Source: Nemertoderma westbladi (taxonomy: Eukaryota > Animalia > Xenacoelomorpha). From it: a DNA stretch of 64,000 nucleotides. Where the stretch lies: assembly GCA_032718475.1 (NCBI GenBank), contig JAUCBJ010007473.1, positions 1-64,000 on the forward strand. Direction: 5' to 3'. Below the pieces are notes generated by a model that saw nothing but the letters and a program-made list of their open reading frames with translations, was not told the DNA's origin and did no database searches. The position numbers and the translations under genes are program-made. Positions 26,510-38,601 of the stretch are shown here, one piece after another (position 1 is the stretch's first letter; every line of letters begins with the position of its first letter).

Positions 26510-27490
26510 TTAGAGAGGCTAATTAGTTAGTAGAAGGTACGTAGTACCGAGTAGAGGTAGTAGTATAGTGGTTGTGGGCACCGCAAGCGCCACGTAGATG
26601 GAAGTAGTGGTAGAGAGGTTGTGGGCACCGGAAGCGCCACGGTACAGGGGATACGTTGAACTAAGTGGGGCACGGGCCTGATGACGTGTTTGATGTAAGA
26701 GCAGGGTATGTTAATTAGGGTGGGTGCCGGGCACAAGAGGTGCCGGGCACAAGAAGTTAGTAGTAGAGTTAGTTGAGTTAGTGGAGAGTTAGTAGAGTTG
26801 GTAAGAGTTAGTAGTAGAGTTAGTAGAGAGTTAGTAGAGTTAGTAAGAGTTAGTAGTAGTTCACATGATTAACGTACCCACTCTGCCGGCACTCAGAGCG
26901 TCGCGTGCAGGCGAGGAGATGTAAAGGGGGTAAGATGTAGATAGAGTAGAATAGTAGAGACGGGCACATAGGGTGCCAGGTAGTAGAGTTAGAGAGTTAG
27001 AGGTAGTAGAGTTAGAGAGTTAGAGGTAGTAGAGTAGTAGAGACGGGCACATAGGGTGCCAGATAGTAGAGTGGTTGTGGGCACCGCAAGCGCCACGTAG
27101 GGAGTAGAAAGGAGTAGACTAAGTAGAGTTAGAGTTAGTAGAGAGTTAGAGGGTTTTAGTTAGAGTTAGCAGTAGAGGGGTTGTGGGCACCCTAAGCGCC
27201 ACGTAGTTAGAAGAGTTGGTAAGAGTTAGAGAGAGTTAGTAGGAGTTAGTTAGACTTAGTAGAGCTAGTTAGAGTCGGAGAGTTAGTAGAGAGTTAGATA
27301 GTTAGCAAGTAAGTAGTAGGTAGATAGTATGATAGCACAGGGGTAGCATTAGGGATTAGGGCCTTAGGGAGTGGTAGAGAATAGAGAGGAGTATGGAGAG
27401 AAGTTAGAGTGCGATTCAGGTGTGGGGAGAGAGTAAGAGTGGGGAGAGAGTAATAGCGGAGTTAGAGTGAGAGATTAGAGTTATAGTGGA
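26510..27490. repeat. Purine-rich low-complexity region (AGTTAGTAG-like) with repeated GGTTGTGGGCACC..AAGCGCCACG units; probable 5' leader of the minus-strand BEL element
   Basis: Visible low complexity directly upstream of the minus-strand gag. Confidence 0.6.
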
Positions 27491-27701
27491 GAGCTTTTAA
27501 AATTGTGTGAGAGTCCACAATTGGCTCGACACGAGACGTCAGATGGGTAGCATTATCATACCCATGGGGAGCGGCCTGGAAAGCCGACTCCAAGAAAAAT
27601 AGACCCACCCCACACCCGATACTAGATCGGGATCCAGCGGAATTGTAGCGCACTTGAGTTGGATGCTATCTTCTCACCGGGAAGATAGCATGGGGGGGGA
27701 G

Positions 27702-28264
27702 TGTTAGCTTATTCAATTCCGCTAACCACCCCATAAAGTGAGCCTTAAGCAATATTGGGGAACACGAGGTCGACTATCAATCAACCTCGTGTCACCCCAA
27801 CAAAGTGGGAAGGAGAAACCCCAAAGAACACACGCACAATAGGGGTCAGGGGTTACACCCCTGAGAGAGAGGGAATAGCAGGGGTAAAGGGAAGTACTCC
27901 AAAGGGAGGTAAAAGGGCGACAACAGGGTTATTAGCCAATGGGGGGAAGGCATCGGCTGAGTAGTGTTATGCGGCCAACCGTGCAATATATATTACCAGT
28001 CTTTATGTCATTTGTCCAGTTATCCCAGTACAGTCAGGCAGTACGGTGACAGTTAAGACCGTCACCGCCGTCACCAACTACCTATATTATAACATACCGG
28101 TAACCTGTGCTATCTGTTACTGTTTCTCATTTACATTTATATCGTATCACACATATATCATTAACAAGGACACTGGAACGAACTATTACCTTTTCCATTC
28201 ACACGGCGGGGACGCGTACGAAAACAACACCGGATAAACCGGGATCCTCTCGGATCCCGTCACA
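27702..28264 (+). repeat. 3' LTR (563 bp), preceded by PPT
   Basis: GGGGGGGGAG|TGTTAGC...CCGTCACA|TACAG. Confidence 0.95.
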
Positions 28265-29499
28265 TACAGTACACTAAAAATGATACAGTACTTCTACAGT
28301 AATTATCTCAAGGCATCCATAATTTACACATAACTGCAATGATCAATTTAGGTGATGTTGACACTCGAAAAATGTGATTTGAGTGATTAGTTCTCGATTT
28401 ATTGTACAAAATGTCAAAGCTAGGTCCACCAATGACCTTATATTGAGTTGACAGCCTAATACAGTATTGAGGTTGAATTTATTCCAAGATTGTCCGACTT
28501 ATTATCGTTCAAACATTTCCGATGATGACAACGACAGACGGGTCCACTACTTATACCCATATGCTAAGGCCACCTGGACTTACGATGCTCGCCCCACAGT
28601 TAATCGAATGTCATATATGTAGGATATCACAGCCCACACTAAAAAAAACATTAAAAGAAGCGCTAGCCATTCAGCAGTTCGTGCTTTTCATTTAAGGCTG
28701 TCATAAAAATTTGGATAGAATTTATTGCCAGTAATTAGATGCGTCCTATTGGATGCTATTTATAGATCCATACCCCTTTTCTATTCTCTCTTACCCGTAG
28801 CACAGAGAAGATCTTCCCCCAGCTCACGCGCTGAATAGGGAAGGATTTTCAAAAAAAAAAAATTTCACCAAAAACCCGATGTAAATCAAAGATACTAAGT
28901 TGTGTGCACAAGATACTACAGTAAGTTGTGCGCACAACTTAGGAAAAAAATATGTTTTCCCAAATGTCCCTTTAGGGGCTCCGTACTATACCGAAATGCC
29001 AAGGAAACTATTATTATAGATACCCAATGTTCCGTTATTTTTTCTTTATTGCCTCCGGTTGAGAGGAGCCTTCGGGTTGCCATGATTTTTGGTTATCAGG
29101 GCCGGATTCAGTGTGGTGGTGGGTGGACTGGGGCCGGGTTAGTGGTGGGGGGGCCTGGGCTCTACTGCATGGGGTTAGCACCGGGCCGATGGCGCCGAGC
29201 ACTTCTCACAGACTAGTACAGTATACTACTGAAAGATACTGTACGTTTTCTCTCGTCAGGTCATGCTCTCGTTTTCGATACTTTTCAATAAATTTTATTG
29301 CAAATACCTTTCAAAGAAACCTGAATGTACTGTAGATGTAAATGTATATTAGTGCGAAATGTGAGTCAGGAAATGTTTGGAAATTTCCCATACATTTTTC
29401 CAATAATTTCTTATAGATTTTCGGATTTTCCGGAAATTTCCTATTTTGCTAATTATTTTATTTAGCATATTCTTCAAACATATAGTAAAACACAAATAG

Positions 29500-32400
29500 A
29501 GTAAAACACAAGTTGAGTAAACACTAGAAACAAGGGATTCCTGCAACACAAGTAGAGTAAACACTAGAAACAAGGGATTCCTGCAACACAAGTAGAGTAA
29601 ACACTAGAAACAAGGGATTCCTGCTAAGATGTGAGAGTAAACACTAGAAACGAGGGATTCCTGCTAAGATGTGAGAGTAAACACTAGAAACAAGGGATTC
29701 CTGCAACACAAGTAGAGTAAACACTAGAAACAAGGGATTCCTGCTAAGATGTGAGAGTAAACACTAGAAACAAGGGATTCCTGCTAAGACGTGAGAGTAA
29801 ACACTAGAAACAAGGGATTCCTGCAACACAAGTAGAGTAAACACTAGAAACACTAGAACTCTTTCTTCTGTCGGAAGAAAGACAGCTGCTGTCCCTGCCA
29901 GTCCGGCACGGTGGATTGGGCGTTCCGGTTCCCGCCGACCTCGACGCACAGTACGGCAACTCGCGCGATATGTGCGAACCGTTTCATCTAGCCGATACCC
30001 ATTCGATGTCGGTGATCCGGGAGCGGCAGAAGCTGGCATTGGCAGCGCTGAAAGTTCGTGGGGCGCTGCACCTGAAAATTAAAACAGAAGAGGTTTACAG
30101 GAATATCTCGCCAAACCAACGCAAGTTGTGTGAGTTAACCTCAGAGAAAGGCGCTTCAACTTGGCTTAACACCAAACCGCTAACCCAAGTTCAAACTCAA
30201 CTAGATAAGGAAGAGTTCCGAGACGCCCTGAGTCTACGTTACGGGTGGTCCCCTAAGGATCTCCCAGCTCGTTGTGCCTGTGGGGAGCGATTTTCCGCTT
30301 CGCATATTCTGTCGTGCCCTACTGGAGGTTTCCCCTCCATAAGGCACAACGAGATCCGCGATTTCGTGGCTGATTCCCTTACCGAGGTGGCGCACAATGT
30401 GGCAGTTGAGCCGATGCTCCAGCCACTGACAGGCGAGCAGTTCGCCCTCTGATCAGCTTCGACTGACCAGCAGGCGCGGCTGGACGTTTCGGTGAGTGGC
30501 TTCTGGGGCAACCGCTTCCAGAGGACCTTCATCGACGTTTCAGTATTTAACCCGCTGGCCGCTACGAACGCCGCCATGTCTTTGGATGCCGCCCATCGCC
30601 ATCACGAGGACCGAAAGATCCGGAAGTACGAGGAGCGGGTGAGGGAGGTTGAACACGGCAACTTCACTCCCCTCATCTTCACGGCTTTCGGCGGGATGTC
30701 CAAAGCCGCCACGCAGTTTGTTACTCGCCTGGCCCACAAGATCGCAGACAAAAGGGAGGTCCGGTACTCCGACAGTATCACCTGGGTTCGCCGGCGACTG
30801 AGTTTCGCGTTGCTGAGGTCGTCGCTGCTCTGTTTGCGTGGCTGTAGATCAGCTTCTCGCCGCCCAGTCCGCTGCAATATCGCGGAGGCGTCCATTCTCC
30901 TGGCGAATGCAAACTCGGACCCAACAGGCTGAATGGCAGTGCAGTGGTAGGCAGTGCAGTACACAGTACAGCAGTACATACTGTTTAAAATAGCAATCTG
31001 GTTGCTAGGCAGCCGTCAAATACAGCTGGTGGTGGTTGTACAATTGTTTTTTAAATTTCCCGCGTTTCTCTAATTACTGTTTTTAATTGTTTGTTATAGT
31101 GCCTATAATTGTGTTTGTATTTCTGAAGGTTTTTATGATTTTGTGAGTAAATGAGGCTTGTAAATAAAAAAAGAAACAAGGGATTCCTGCTAAGATGTGA
31201 GAGTAAACACTAGAAACAAGGGATTCCTGATAAGATGTGAGAGTAAACACTAGAAACGAGGGATTCCTGCTAAGATGTGAGAGTAAACACTAGAAACGAG
31301 GGATTCCTGCTAAGATGTGAGAGTAAACACTAGAAACAAGGGATTCCTGATAAGATGTGAGAGTAAACACTAGAAACGAGGGATTCCTGATAAGATGTGA
31401 GAGTAAACACTAGAAACGAGGGATTCCTGCTAAGATGTGAGAGTAAACACTAAAAACAAGGGATTCCTGCAACACAAGTAGAGTAAACACTAGAAACAAG
31501 GGATTCCTGCTAAGATGTGAGAGTAAACACTAGAAACAAGGGATTCCTGCTAAGATGTGAGAGTAAACACTAGAAACGAGGGATTCCTGCTAAGATGTGA
31601 GAGTAAACACTAGAAACAAGGGATTCCTGATAAGATGTGAGAGTAAACACTAGAAACAAGGGATTCCTGCTAAGATGTGAGAGTAAACACTAGAAACAAG
31701 GGATTCCTGCAACACAAGTAGAGTAAACACTAGAAACAAGGGATTCCTGCTAAGATGTGAGAGTAAACACTAGAAACGAGGGATTCCTGCTAAGATGTGA
31801 GAGTAAACACTAGAAACAAGGGATTCCTGCTAAGATGTGAGAGTAAACACTAGAAACAAGGGATTCCTGCAACACAAGTAGAGTAAACACTAGAAACAAG
31901 GGATTCCTGCTAAGATGTGAGAGTAAACACTAGAAACGAGGGATTCCTGCTAAGATGTGAGAGTAAACACTAGAAACGAGGGATTCCTGCTAAGATGTGA
32001 GAGTAAACACTAGAAACAAGGGATTCCTGCAACACAAGTAGAGTAAACACTAGAAACAAGGGATTCCTGCTAAGATGTGAGAGTAAACACTAGAAACGAG
32101 GGATTCCTGCTAAGATGTGAGAGTAAACACTAGAAACGAGGGATTCCTGCTAAGATGTGAGAGTAAACACTAGAAACAAGGGATTCCTGCAACACAAGTA
32201 GAGTAAACACTAGAAACAAGGGATTCCTGCTAAGATGTGAGAGTAAACACTAGAAACGAGGGATTCCTGCAACACAAGTAGAGTAAACACTAGAAACAAG
32301 GGATTCCTGCTAAGATGTGAGAGTAAACACTAGAAACAAGGGATTCCTGCAACACAAGTAGAGTAAACACTAGAAACAAGGGATTCCTGCTAAGATGTGA

Positions 32401-32838
32401 GAGTAAACACTAGAAACAAGGGATTCCTGCTAAGATGTGAGAGTAAACACTAGAAACAAGGGATTCCTGCAACACAAGTAGAGTAAACACTAGAAACAAG
32501 GGATTCCTGCTAAGATGTGAGAGTAAACACTAGAAACAAGGGATTCCTGCAACACAAGTAGAGTAAACACTAGAAACAAGGGATTCCTGCTAAGATGTGA
32601 GAGTAAACACTAGAAACAAGGGATTCCTGCAACACAAGTAGAGTAAACACTAGAAACAAGGGATTCCTGCTAAGATGTGAGAGTAAACACTAGAAACGAG
32701 GGATTCCTGCTAAGATGTGAGAGTAAACACTAGAAACGAGGGATTCCTGCTAAGATGTGAGAGTAAACACTAGAAACAAGGGATTCCTGATAAGATGTGA
32801 GAGTAAACACTAGAAACAAGGGATTCCTGCTAAGATGT
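29500..32838. repeat. 40-bp satellite (GAGTAAACACTAGAAACAAGGGATTCCTGC + TAAGATGTGA or AACACAAGTA), about 50 copies, interrupted by a CRE element
   Basis: Tandem array at 29500-29852 and 31172-32838, with two alternative 10-bp blocks. Confidence 0.97.
29856..31172 (+). mobile_element. 5'-truncated CRE-clade non-LTR retrotransposon (CCHC plus restriction-like endonuclease)
   Basis: LPVRHGGLG..EKGASTWL..FRDALSLRYG..CACG..HILSC..GG..RHNEIRD..ARLDV..GFW..IDVSVFNP..KIRKY..FTPLIF; one in-frame stop at ~30450; AATAAA and A-tail at ~31163-31172. Confidence 0.87.
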
Positions 32839-33583
32839 GTTTATGTGTTTCGTTATCTTGTCTCTCGTGGTCGTAACTACTGTATGTATGAAATACATAT
32901 ACTTTTCCGGAAATTTCCTTGAAAAATATATTTCAGGAAAACTCACATCACTATACAGTACAGTATATTAGACGTGGATTTAGAAATTTAAAGCCTTAAT
33001 GTTCCTGTTTATATTTATATGAAAAAATGCAAAGAATCGAAAGTGAAAGAAATAAATTCCATAAGCTATATAAATATTCACGCTACCTGTAAATAAAAAT
33101 TGGGAAAAATAAGTGGCAAAATTCAAAATTGCCTTGTTCGATTGGAGTTCGGTTCCGGTACGGCTCCTCTATAGTTCGGTCAATCCCTATACTGGTGGGA
33201 TCTTGGTGGGGGCCCCTGTGGTGGGGGGTCTGGGGCCTTGCCCCCCCCCCCCCAAAAAAAAAAAATACGGCCCTGTTGGTTATCTACCCGTATGAAAAAT
33301 TTAGTAAATTCCTTGGGGCCGTTATGAATTTGATCGCTCATCGCACTAAATTAATCAATCAACACAACTTCGTGTAATGCTCTGGTCTGATTTGTGTCAG
33401 TAAACAACCAATTAGGCCAACAGTAAGCAGTTTCTTTAATCTACTGTATATGTACTGTATAATGTATCATTTTAACCAATAATAGATATATAGTACTGTA
33501 TATTATGCACATTATGTTTTCACTCACTGTGTATTCATGTAGGCCTATTATTTTATTTTTCATGTAATACCTTTTTTAATTAG

Positions 33584-33719
33584 ATTGCGATCCGCATCTG
33601 TTTCCTTCTTTCATTCGAATCTGACTTCGAGCCAGAGTTCGAGACAGCAGTCCTCAAGAAGACACAGTACCGATGACAAAGCAAAGAAATGGTGGAAAAC
33701 TACACCGCGATTTATGAAG
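33584..33719 (+). CDS. Candidate internal exon of an unidentified plus-strand host gene
   Basis: T-rich tract plus ag acceptor and AAG|gtctgt donor. One open frame: LRSASVSFFHSNLTSSQSSRQQSSRRHSTDDKAKKWWKTTPRFMK; no TE motif recognised. Confidence 0.4.
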
Positions 33720-33779
33720 GTCTGTAAAGTTACAGTATTCAATCCATTTAATTACACCAACATACTGCAATGTATCTCG

Positions 33780-33940
33780 ACTAATCCCTGCCCCACATTA
33801 GACACACCAACTTCGGCTGGTGAGGTAACAGCAGCAATTAACTTACAGAAATCCCACATGGCGGCTGGGCCTCACGGTGTGACTAATGAAGCACTCAAAT
33901 CAGGGTTTGGCTTGCTACTACCATACATACTGTCATTATT
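33780..33940 (+). mobile_element. Short LINE RT N-terminal fragment
   Basis: LDTPTSAGEVTAAINLQKSHMAAGPHGVTNEALK..LLPYILSLF, resembling the K(A/S)xGPDG motif region. Confidence 0.6.
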
Positions 33941-34205
33941 TAGGTGCCATATCGTATCCGTATGCATTTGCCGCATCCGTATGCACTGCACATACGCGTA
34001 GATAGATAGATAGATTTATTTATACATTATGTAATTGTATGTAATGCAATGCAAACTGCAATGATAAGAATTAGTATCTAGGGATTTTATAAGATTTCAA
34101 TACCGGGTATTACTGGTATACTGGTATAGCTAAATACTGACTGGCTGAATTGCTACTGCTGTACTGGCTGACTGGTCAAACACTGAATTTATATATCCTA
34201 TATTA

Positions 34206-35923
34206 CAGTAACGCTTTCAAATAACGTCCTATTGGATCCTAATAGGATCCTAATAGGAACCTAATAGGAAATAAATAACCTTTAGGAAATCACTTGGAAT
34301 TTGCCTAATGTGAGTCTACCTAGTGCGGCTAAATATCAAAGCTTAGAAGTGTCTGTCAATCAACCTCCTGGGATTGCTGAAAGTAGTAAAGAGAGCCGCT
34401 TTGTCTAGTGGTTGAGTTGTATTTCCCTTATCCCCTGACCTATCTTACAACAACGATACTCCCCATAGGCTAATGTTAAATATGCAAAGTACACGTACTA
34501 GCTTTAACTCAACATCTGGACACATTAACTACCATACGGTAAAGGTAACGCCGCTTGTGCAAAATAGGCGTTGAGTAAGCCTCAACAAGTAGTTGGGCTG
34601 CTAAAGCGTAATCTGATTGTATTCGGACGTCAAACTTTTAATAATTTTATTTAAATTATTGTGCGAACTTTTTAGATCTGGCGATTTTACCATTTCCATG
34701 GTATAATAAATATAATGAATATTAATAACAATATGCCAAGAGGTTAAGTTTGTTACAAACCGCCACTAAACTCTGTTCTGGTCTGTTAATTCCTGTAGGA
34801 TGTTATGTCATTTATTTTTCGTAGTGGTAGCGATACGGATTGTGACATGTTGCGGAATCTGCTTAGAGAGTGTAATGTGCTTTGTGGGTGTTATGTTTAA
34901 ATACGGAACTTGTGTGTTTCAGTAAAATATAGCATTCAATATTACAGTTTATCTATGTCGGGAAGGGAGGGGGGGGGGGGGGCAATGGTCCCTAGCCCTC
35001 AGCCCTCCTTCGGGACTAATCAATGACTTACTATTGGCCGAACGGATATTTAACTACACAATGAGATACGGCGAGTAAGGCAGTAAGTGGGCTGCTAATA
35101 ATTAATAGCCCATATGCATTTTTAAGACTATAATAAATATTTGAACACCCAATTATCTACCCCTGTACTCCCCTTACAGCAAACAGTGTTTATATAGTAA
35201 TCAGAATGTCAATGTGTATAGGAAATGAAAATTTACCGTGGATAACATACATTTATTTAGTCGCCCAGTTTTAGCCCCTGTCTAATTATTATTAATTAAA
35301 CTAATAAATGAAAATAAACTAATATTTATTCTATTAATAATTACACAAACATTGTGTTTTACTTTTTATTACTCCAAATATGTTCAATAGTAATAAATAC
35401 AGTGTGTGATACAACATTTATTTGTAAGTTCAATACGATTTTAAATTATTCCAGAGCCCACCAGCCCACGGACGTTAACTATGTGCGGATGTGTGGATTT
35501 CATCTATTAGAGTTTATATTTTAAATATTATTTACGTCAGAGGCTGGCAATACAAGGTACAACAGTAGGAGGAGTGTAATCTTCCATCGATATCCATACC
35601 TCAATGTAATGAACTGAACACTACGCAAAGTTTAGGCTGAGTCTACTCCATTCTATACAACTTAATGATTGACAGGATAGAGAAGAAGTAGACCAGCACA
35701 AGCATAGTCTGAGTCAGTCCACCTTCCAGACATCAAAGTAAGCGCCGATTTCCAAGTAAATTCCTAATGAAATCCAAGTCAAATCCTAAGTGCCTCCAAG
35801 TCTGGAATTTGGGCTAAATTTAATTTCCAATTAAATCCTAACTCCAATAGTAGTGAATCAGTGACTTGGATCCTAATAGGATCCTATTAGGAACCAATAC
35901 GACGTTATTTGAAAGCGGTACTG
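34206..35923. mobile_element. Non-autonomous Tc1/mariner (pogo/Tigger-like) DNA element
   Basis: TIRs CAGTA(A/C)CGCTTTCAAATAACGTC flanked by TA on both sides; subterminal GGATCCTAATA repeats; no transposase ORF. Confidence 0.8.
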
Positions 35924-35938
35924 TAATTGGTTTTTACC

Positions 35939-36313
35939 ATGGCGATAGTGGAGGATTTCACCAAACTCCAAGGTGATATGCTAGGAATAATCAGAGGCAT
36001 CAAGCAAAAGAAATCAGTAAACCAGGAAGACGAGAAACGACTAATTGATAATCTATTCTCCATTAATTCAATCTTTACCACTCTACAAGGTAAGCTGAAT
36101 GAGGCTCATGAGGATGCCCTTGTCTCAAAAACAGAGCTGCTCAAATTGAAGGAATCCCCTCGCCCTATACAAATCCAACAGCCTACACCGAACATCCACC
36201 CTGCCCGTGTACCCCAAATCCAATGCGGTCGCGATTCCGGCAGTCCACCCTATACCGCCGCTCTACTTAACAACGGCAGGACAACAAACAATACCACCAC
36301 AACGCAGACATAG
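35939..36313 (+). other. Truncated coiled-coil ORF, possibly a retroelement ORF1/gag N-terminus
   Basis: MAIVEDFTKLQ..coiled coil..Pro/Gln linker..YTAAL, cut off by the next repeat. Confidence 0.3.
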
Positions 36314-36645
36314 CGAACCACTAAGTCTTCAGGCTTCTATATTACTTTCAATCGATTCAGCGCTCAAGAAAACCTATAAAAATGCTTTGCAAATCAAAAC
36401 TTTTGTGTATTTTCCGAATCTCGTATTTTTCAAAATTTGAAGTGCCACGCCCTAATTTTGGTGCACCAAAAATGGCGAACCACTAAGTCTTCAGGCTTCT
36501 ATATTACTATCAATCGATTCAGCGTTCCAGAAAACCAATAAAAATGCTTCGAAATCAAAACTTTAGTAAATTTTCCTTTAGTAATTTTGAAATTTTAAAG
36601 TGCCACGCCCTAATTTTGGTGCTCCAAAAATGACGTACCACTACA
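36313..36645. repeat. Two tandem ~162-bp units, probably part of a DNA-element remnant
   Basis: GCGAACCACTAAGTCTTCAGGC..GTGCCACGCCCTAATTTTGGTGC starts at 36313 and 36475. Confidence 0.7.
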
Positions 36646-36944
36646 CTTACATTCTTGTATAGAGCATTACAGTGATCTAAACCAATAATTATAAATAAAA
36701 ATAGCCCAAACATAAATAATTACTAAATCACGAATGACTTTGTAAAATTTGAAAATTTCAAAAAATTTGGTGCTGGAGACCAAATTTTGAAGTGGCACCC
36801 ACATCGAAAAGTAGAAATCCAATTGCAACGTCGTTTTTTGCAAAAGATGCGGCATTAAATTTGGCTAATTCTCAATAAAAATTGGGCCGGTACGTAATGT
36901 GGTTGCAAAGTTACAGCAACTAAAAACTAGGAAGGGGCCGATTC

Positions 36945-37305
36945 GATTTTCCCCCTTGGTGTTGGGAATAATGGCAACAAAATTGAGAATAATACGCGGT
37001 CAACTTCAACTGGTGGAAGTTGGGAATTCAACAGTAAAGTATTCACTTTACTGTTGAATTCCCAACTTCCACCTCATATATGTATGTATTATTCTCAATT
37101 TTGTCAAACCCTCTCCGTGCCTAACCAGCACCCACTACGAGGAAACTCTGGTATTTGATTTGAGTAGAACCTCATACAGACTCAGATACTGACAAGGTCC
37201 CAAATGTTAAAAACATGGCACGTCGGTAGGGCGCTCTCAAAGGCGGAGTCACTCGAGCCTATAACCGCATCGAGAAACAACTAAAGGGAGTCGAGACCCC
37301 CCTCA
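36945..37305 (+). repeat. Partial copy of the BEL 5' region and gag start (40706-41140) with an internal deletion
   Basis: Near-identical to 40706-40922 plus ~40999-41140. Confidence 0.9.
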
Positions 37306-38015
37306 GTTGGTCTTTTTATTAACTCCAGAAAGACCAAAATTTTGACAGTTAACTTTGAAAGTTCTCAGCAAGTCTCTGATCGGATGAGCATAAGCTCAAA
37401 GGATGGTATGCTTGAGCATGTGGACGACTTCTGTTACCTGGGATCATGGATCCGGAAGTCAGGTGCGGACCTTCGAATACGTAAGGGAAAGGCATGGGCA
37501 GCCTTGAATAGGGTTCCAGGATTTGGAAGTCACCGAGAATTAATCGGAAACTTAAGGTCCGATTATTTAGAGCAGTAGTAGTTCCAGTACTCCTCTATCG
37601 GAGTCCATGCTGGGCTCTAACTGCTGAGGACACCAAATCTCTGGATGGCACATTCACAAGAATGCTACGCCGGGTTCATTGTGTCAAGTACAATGCACAC
37701 ATCTCCAACCAGACACTATATAACATTGGAGGTGTCTCATTGATTCCCCCAAGCTTGACACTAGAACAAAATCGCCTCCGCTTTGCAGGACATTGCTTTC
37801 GCCGTGAGGACCAGCCAGTGCATAATCTGGTACTTTGGCAGCCTCAAGGAGTGAATAAGCATGGTGGACAGCCCATGACTTTCTTGAGACGCATCTTAAA
37901 GGACACTGGCCTTGAAGATGCGGATGATCTAGCAAATGTTATGGGTGATAGGGAGTTGTGGCGGCGCAATTTTGTCGACAAGCCGGCACAGCATTCTTAA
38001 AAATGCAGCTGCAAT
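37306..38015 (+). mobile_element. RTE LINE (family A) 3' part of ORF
   Basis: DFCYLGSW..GKAWAAL..LDGTFTRMLRR..RLRFAGHCFR..LVLWQP..MGDRELWR. Confidence 0.9.
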
Positions 38016-38601
38016 GCTTCTTGAACTGGGTTCCAGCCGAAAACAATCCATTTCCAGAGATAAAATCCTGAAGATGGACAGAATTTCGGTTAACACTATT
38101 GCTTTAGACCCAGGGCGATGTAGGTGATTGATGCAGACTTGCATTAAAGTCTCCCAGGAATGTTAAGAATGCATGCTGATCCACTCCATCAGTAGCTGCT
38201 TGTAGATTGTGGTAGAAATTTTCCACCTCCTCTACAGGGGCAACACTAGTTGGAGAGTAGCACACAATCAGAACCACCTTAGGAAACTTCTTAGCCAGTC
38301 TTCCAGAACATGAGAAGTGGCAATGGATGATGCGGTTAGAGATTTGGTCTATTTTGTCCAATGCTGCATGTGCAGTTGGATTCATCAATAGACCAATTCC
38401 ACCATTGCCACTATCATCTGCTGACGTGAGGGCGAGTCGCCAACCGCCCCCCATGTCCTTAATCAGAACGTCATCAGTCTGTCCAGTCTGCATTCGGTGC
38501 TCTTGAACACCCACTGCGCTAAGAGAAAGCTTATCTGCCAAGGCAGTCAGCTCACCTTGTCGCATTGGGGACCCGAGTGTTAGGGTTAGGAAGTCTGACA
38601 T
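38016..38601 (-). mobile_element. RTE LINE APE endonuclease fragment
   Basis: VGVQEHR..GGIGLLM..SNRII..VCYSPT..FYHNL..LGDFNA..NRNSVHLQDF..GTQFKK. Confidence 0.88.

Larger units (their letters stand above)
14540..28264 (+). mobile_element. 13.7-kb LTR-bounded non-autonomous retroelement
   Basis: Two 563-bp TG..CA direct repeats, TACAG TSD (14535-14539 and 28265-28269), G-rich PPT immediately before the right LTR. Confidence 0.93.
29097..33275. mobile_element. Non-autonomous hAT-type DNA element carrying a satellite
   Basis: TIRs CAGGGCCG(G/T)ATT and exact 8-bp TSD TTGGTTAT (29089-29096 and 33276-33283). Confidence 0.82.

Noticed and set aside
29500-32838. CRISPR-like array (constant 30 bp plus variable 10 bp)
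   Set aside because: Only two 'spacer' types, far too short, no cas genes, eukaryotic context.
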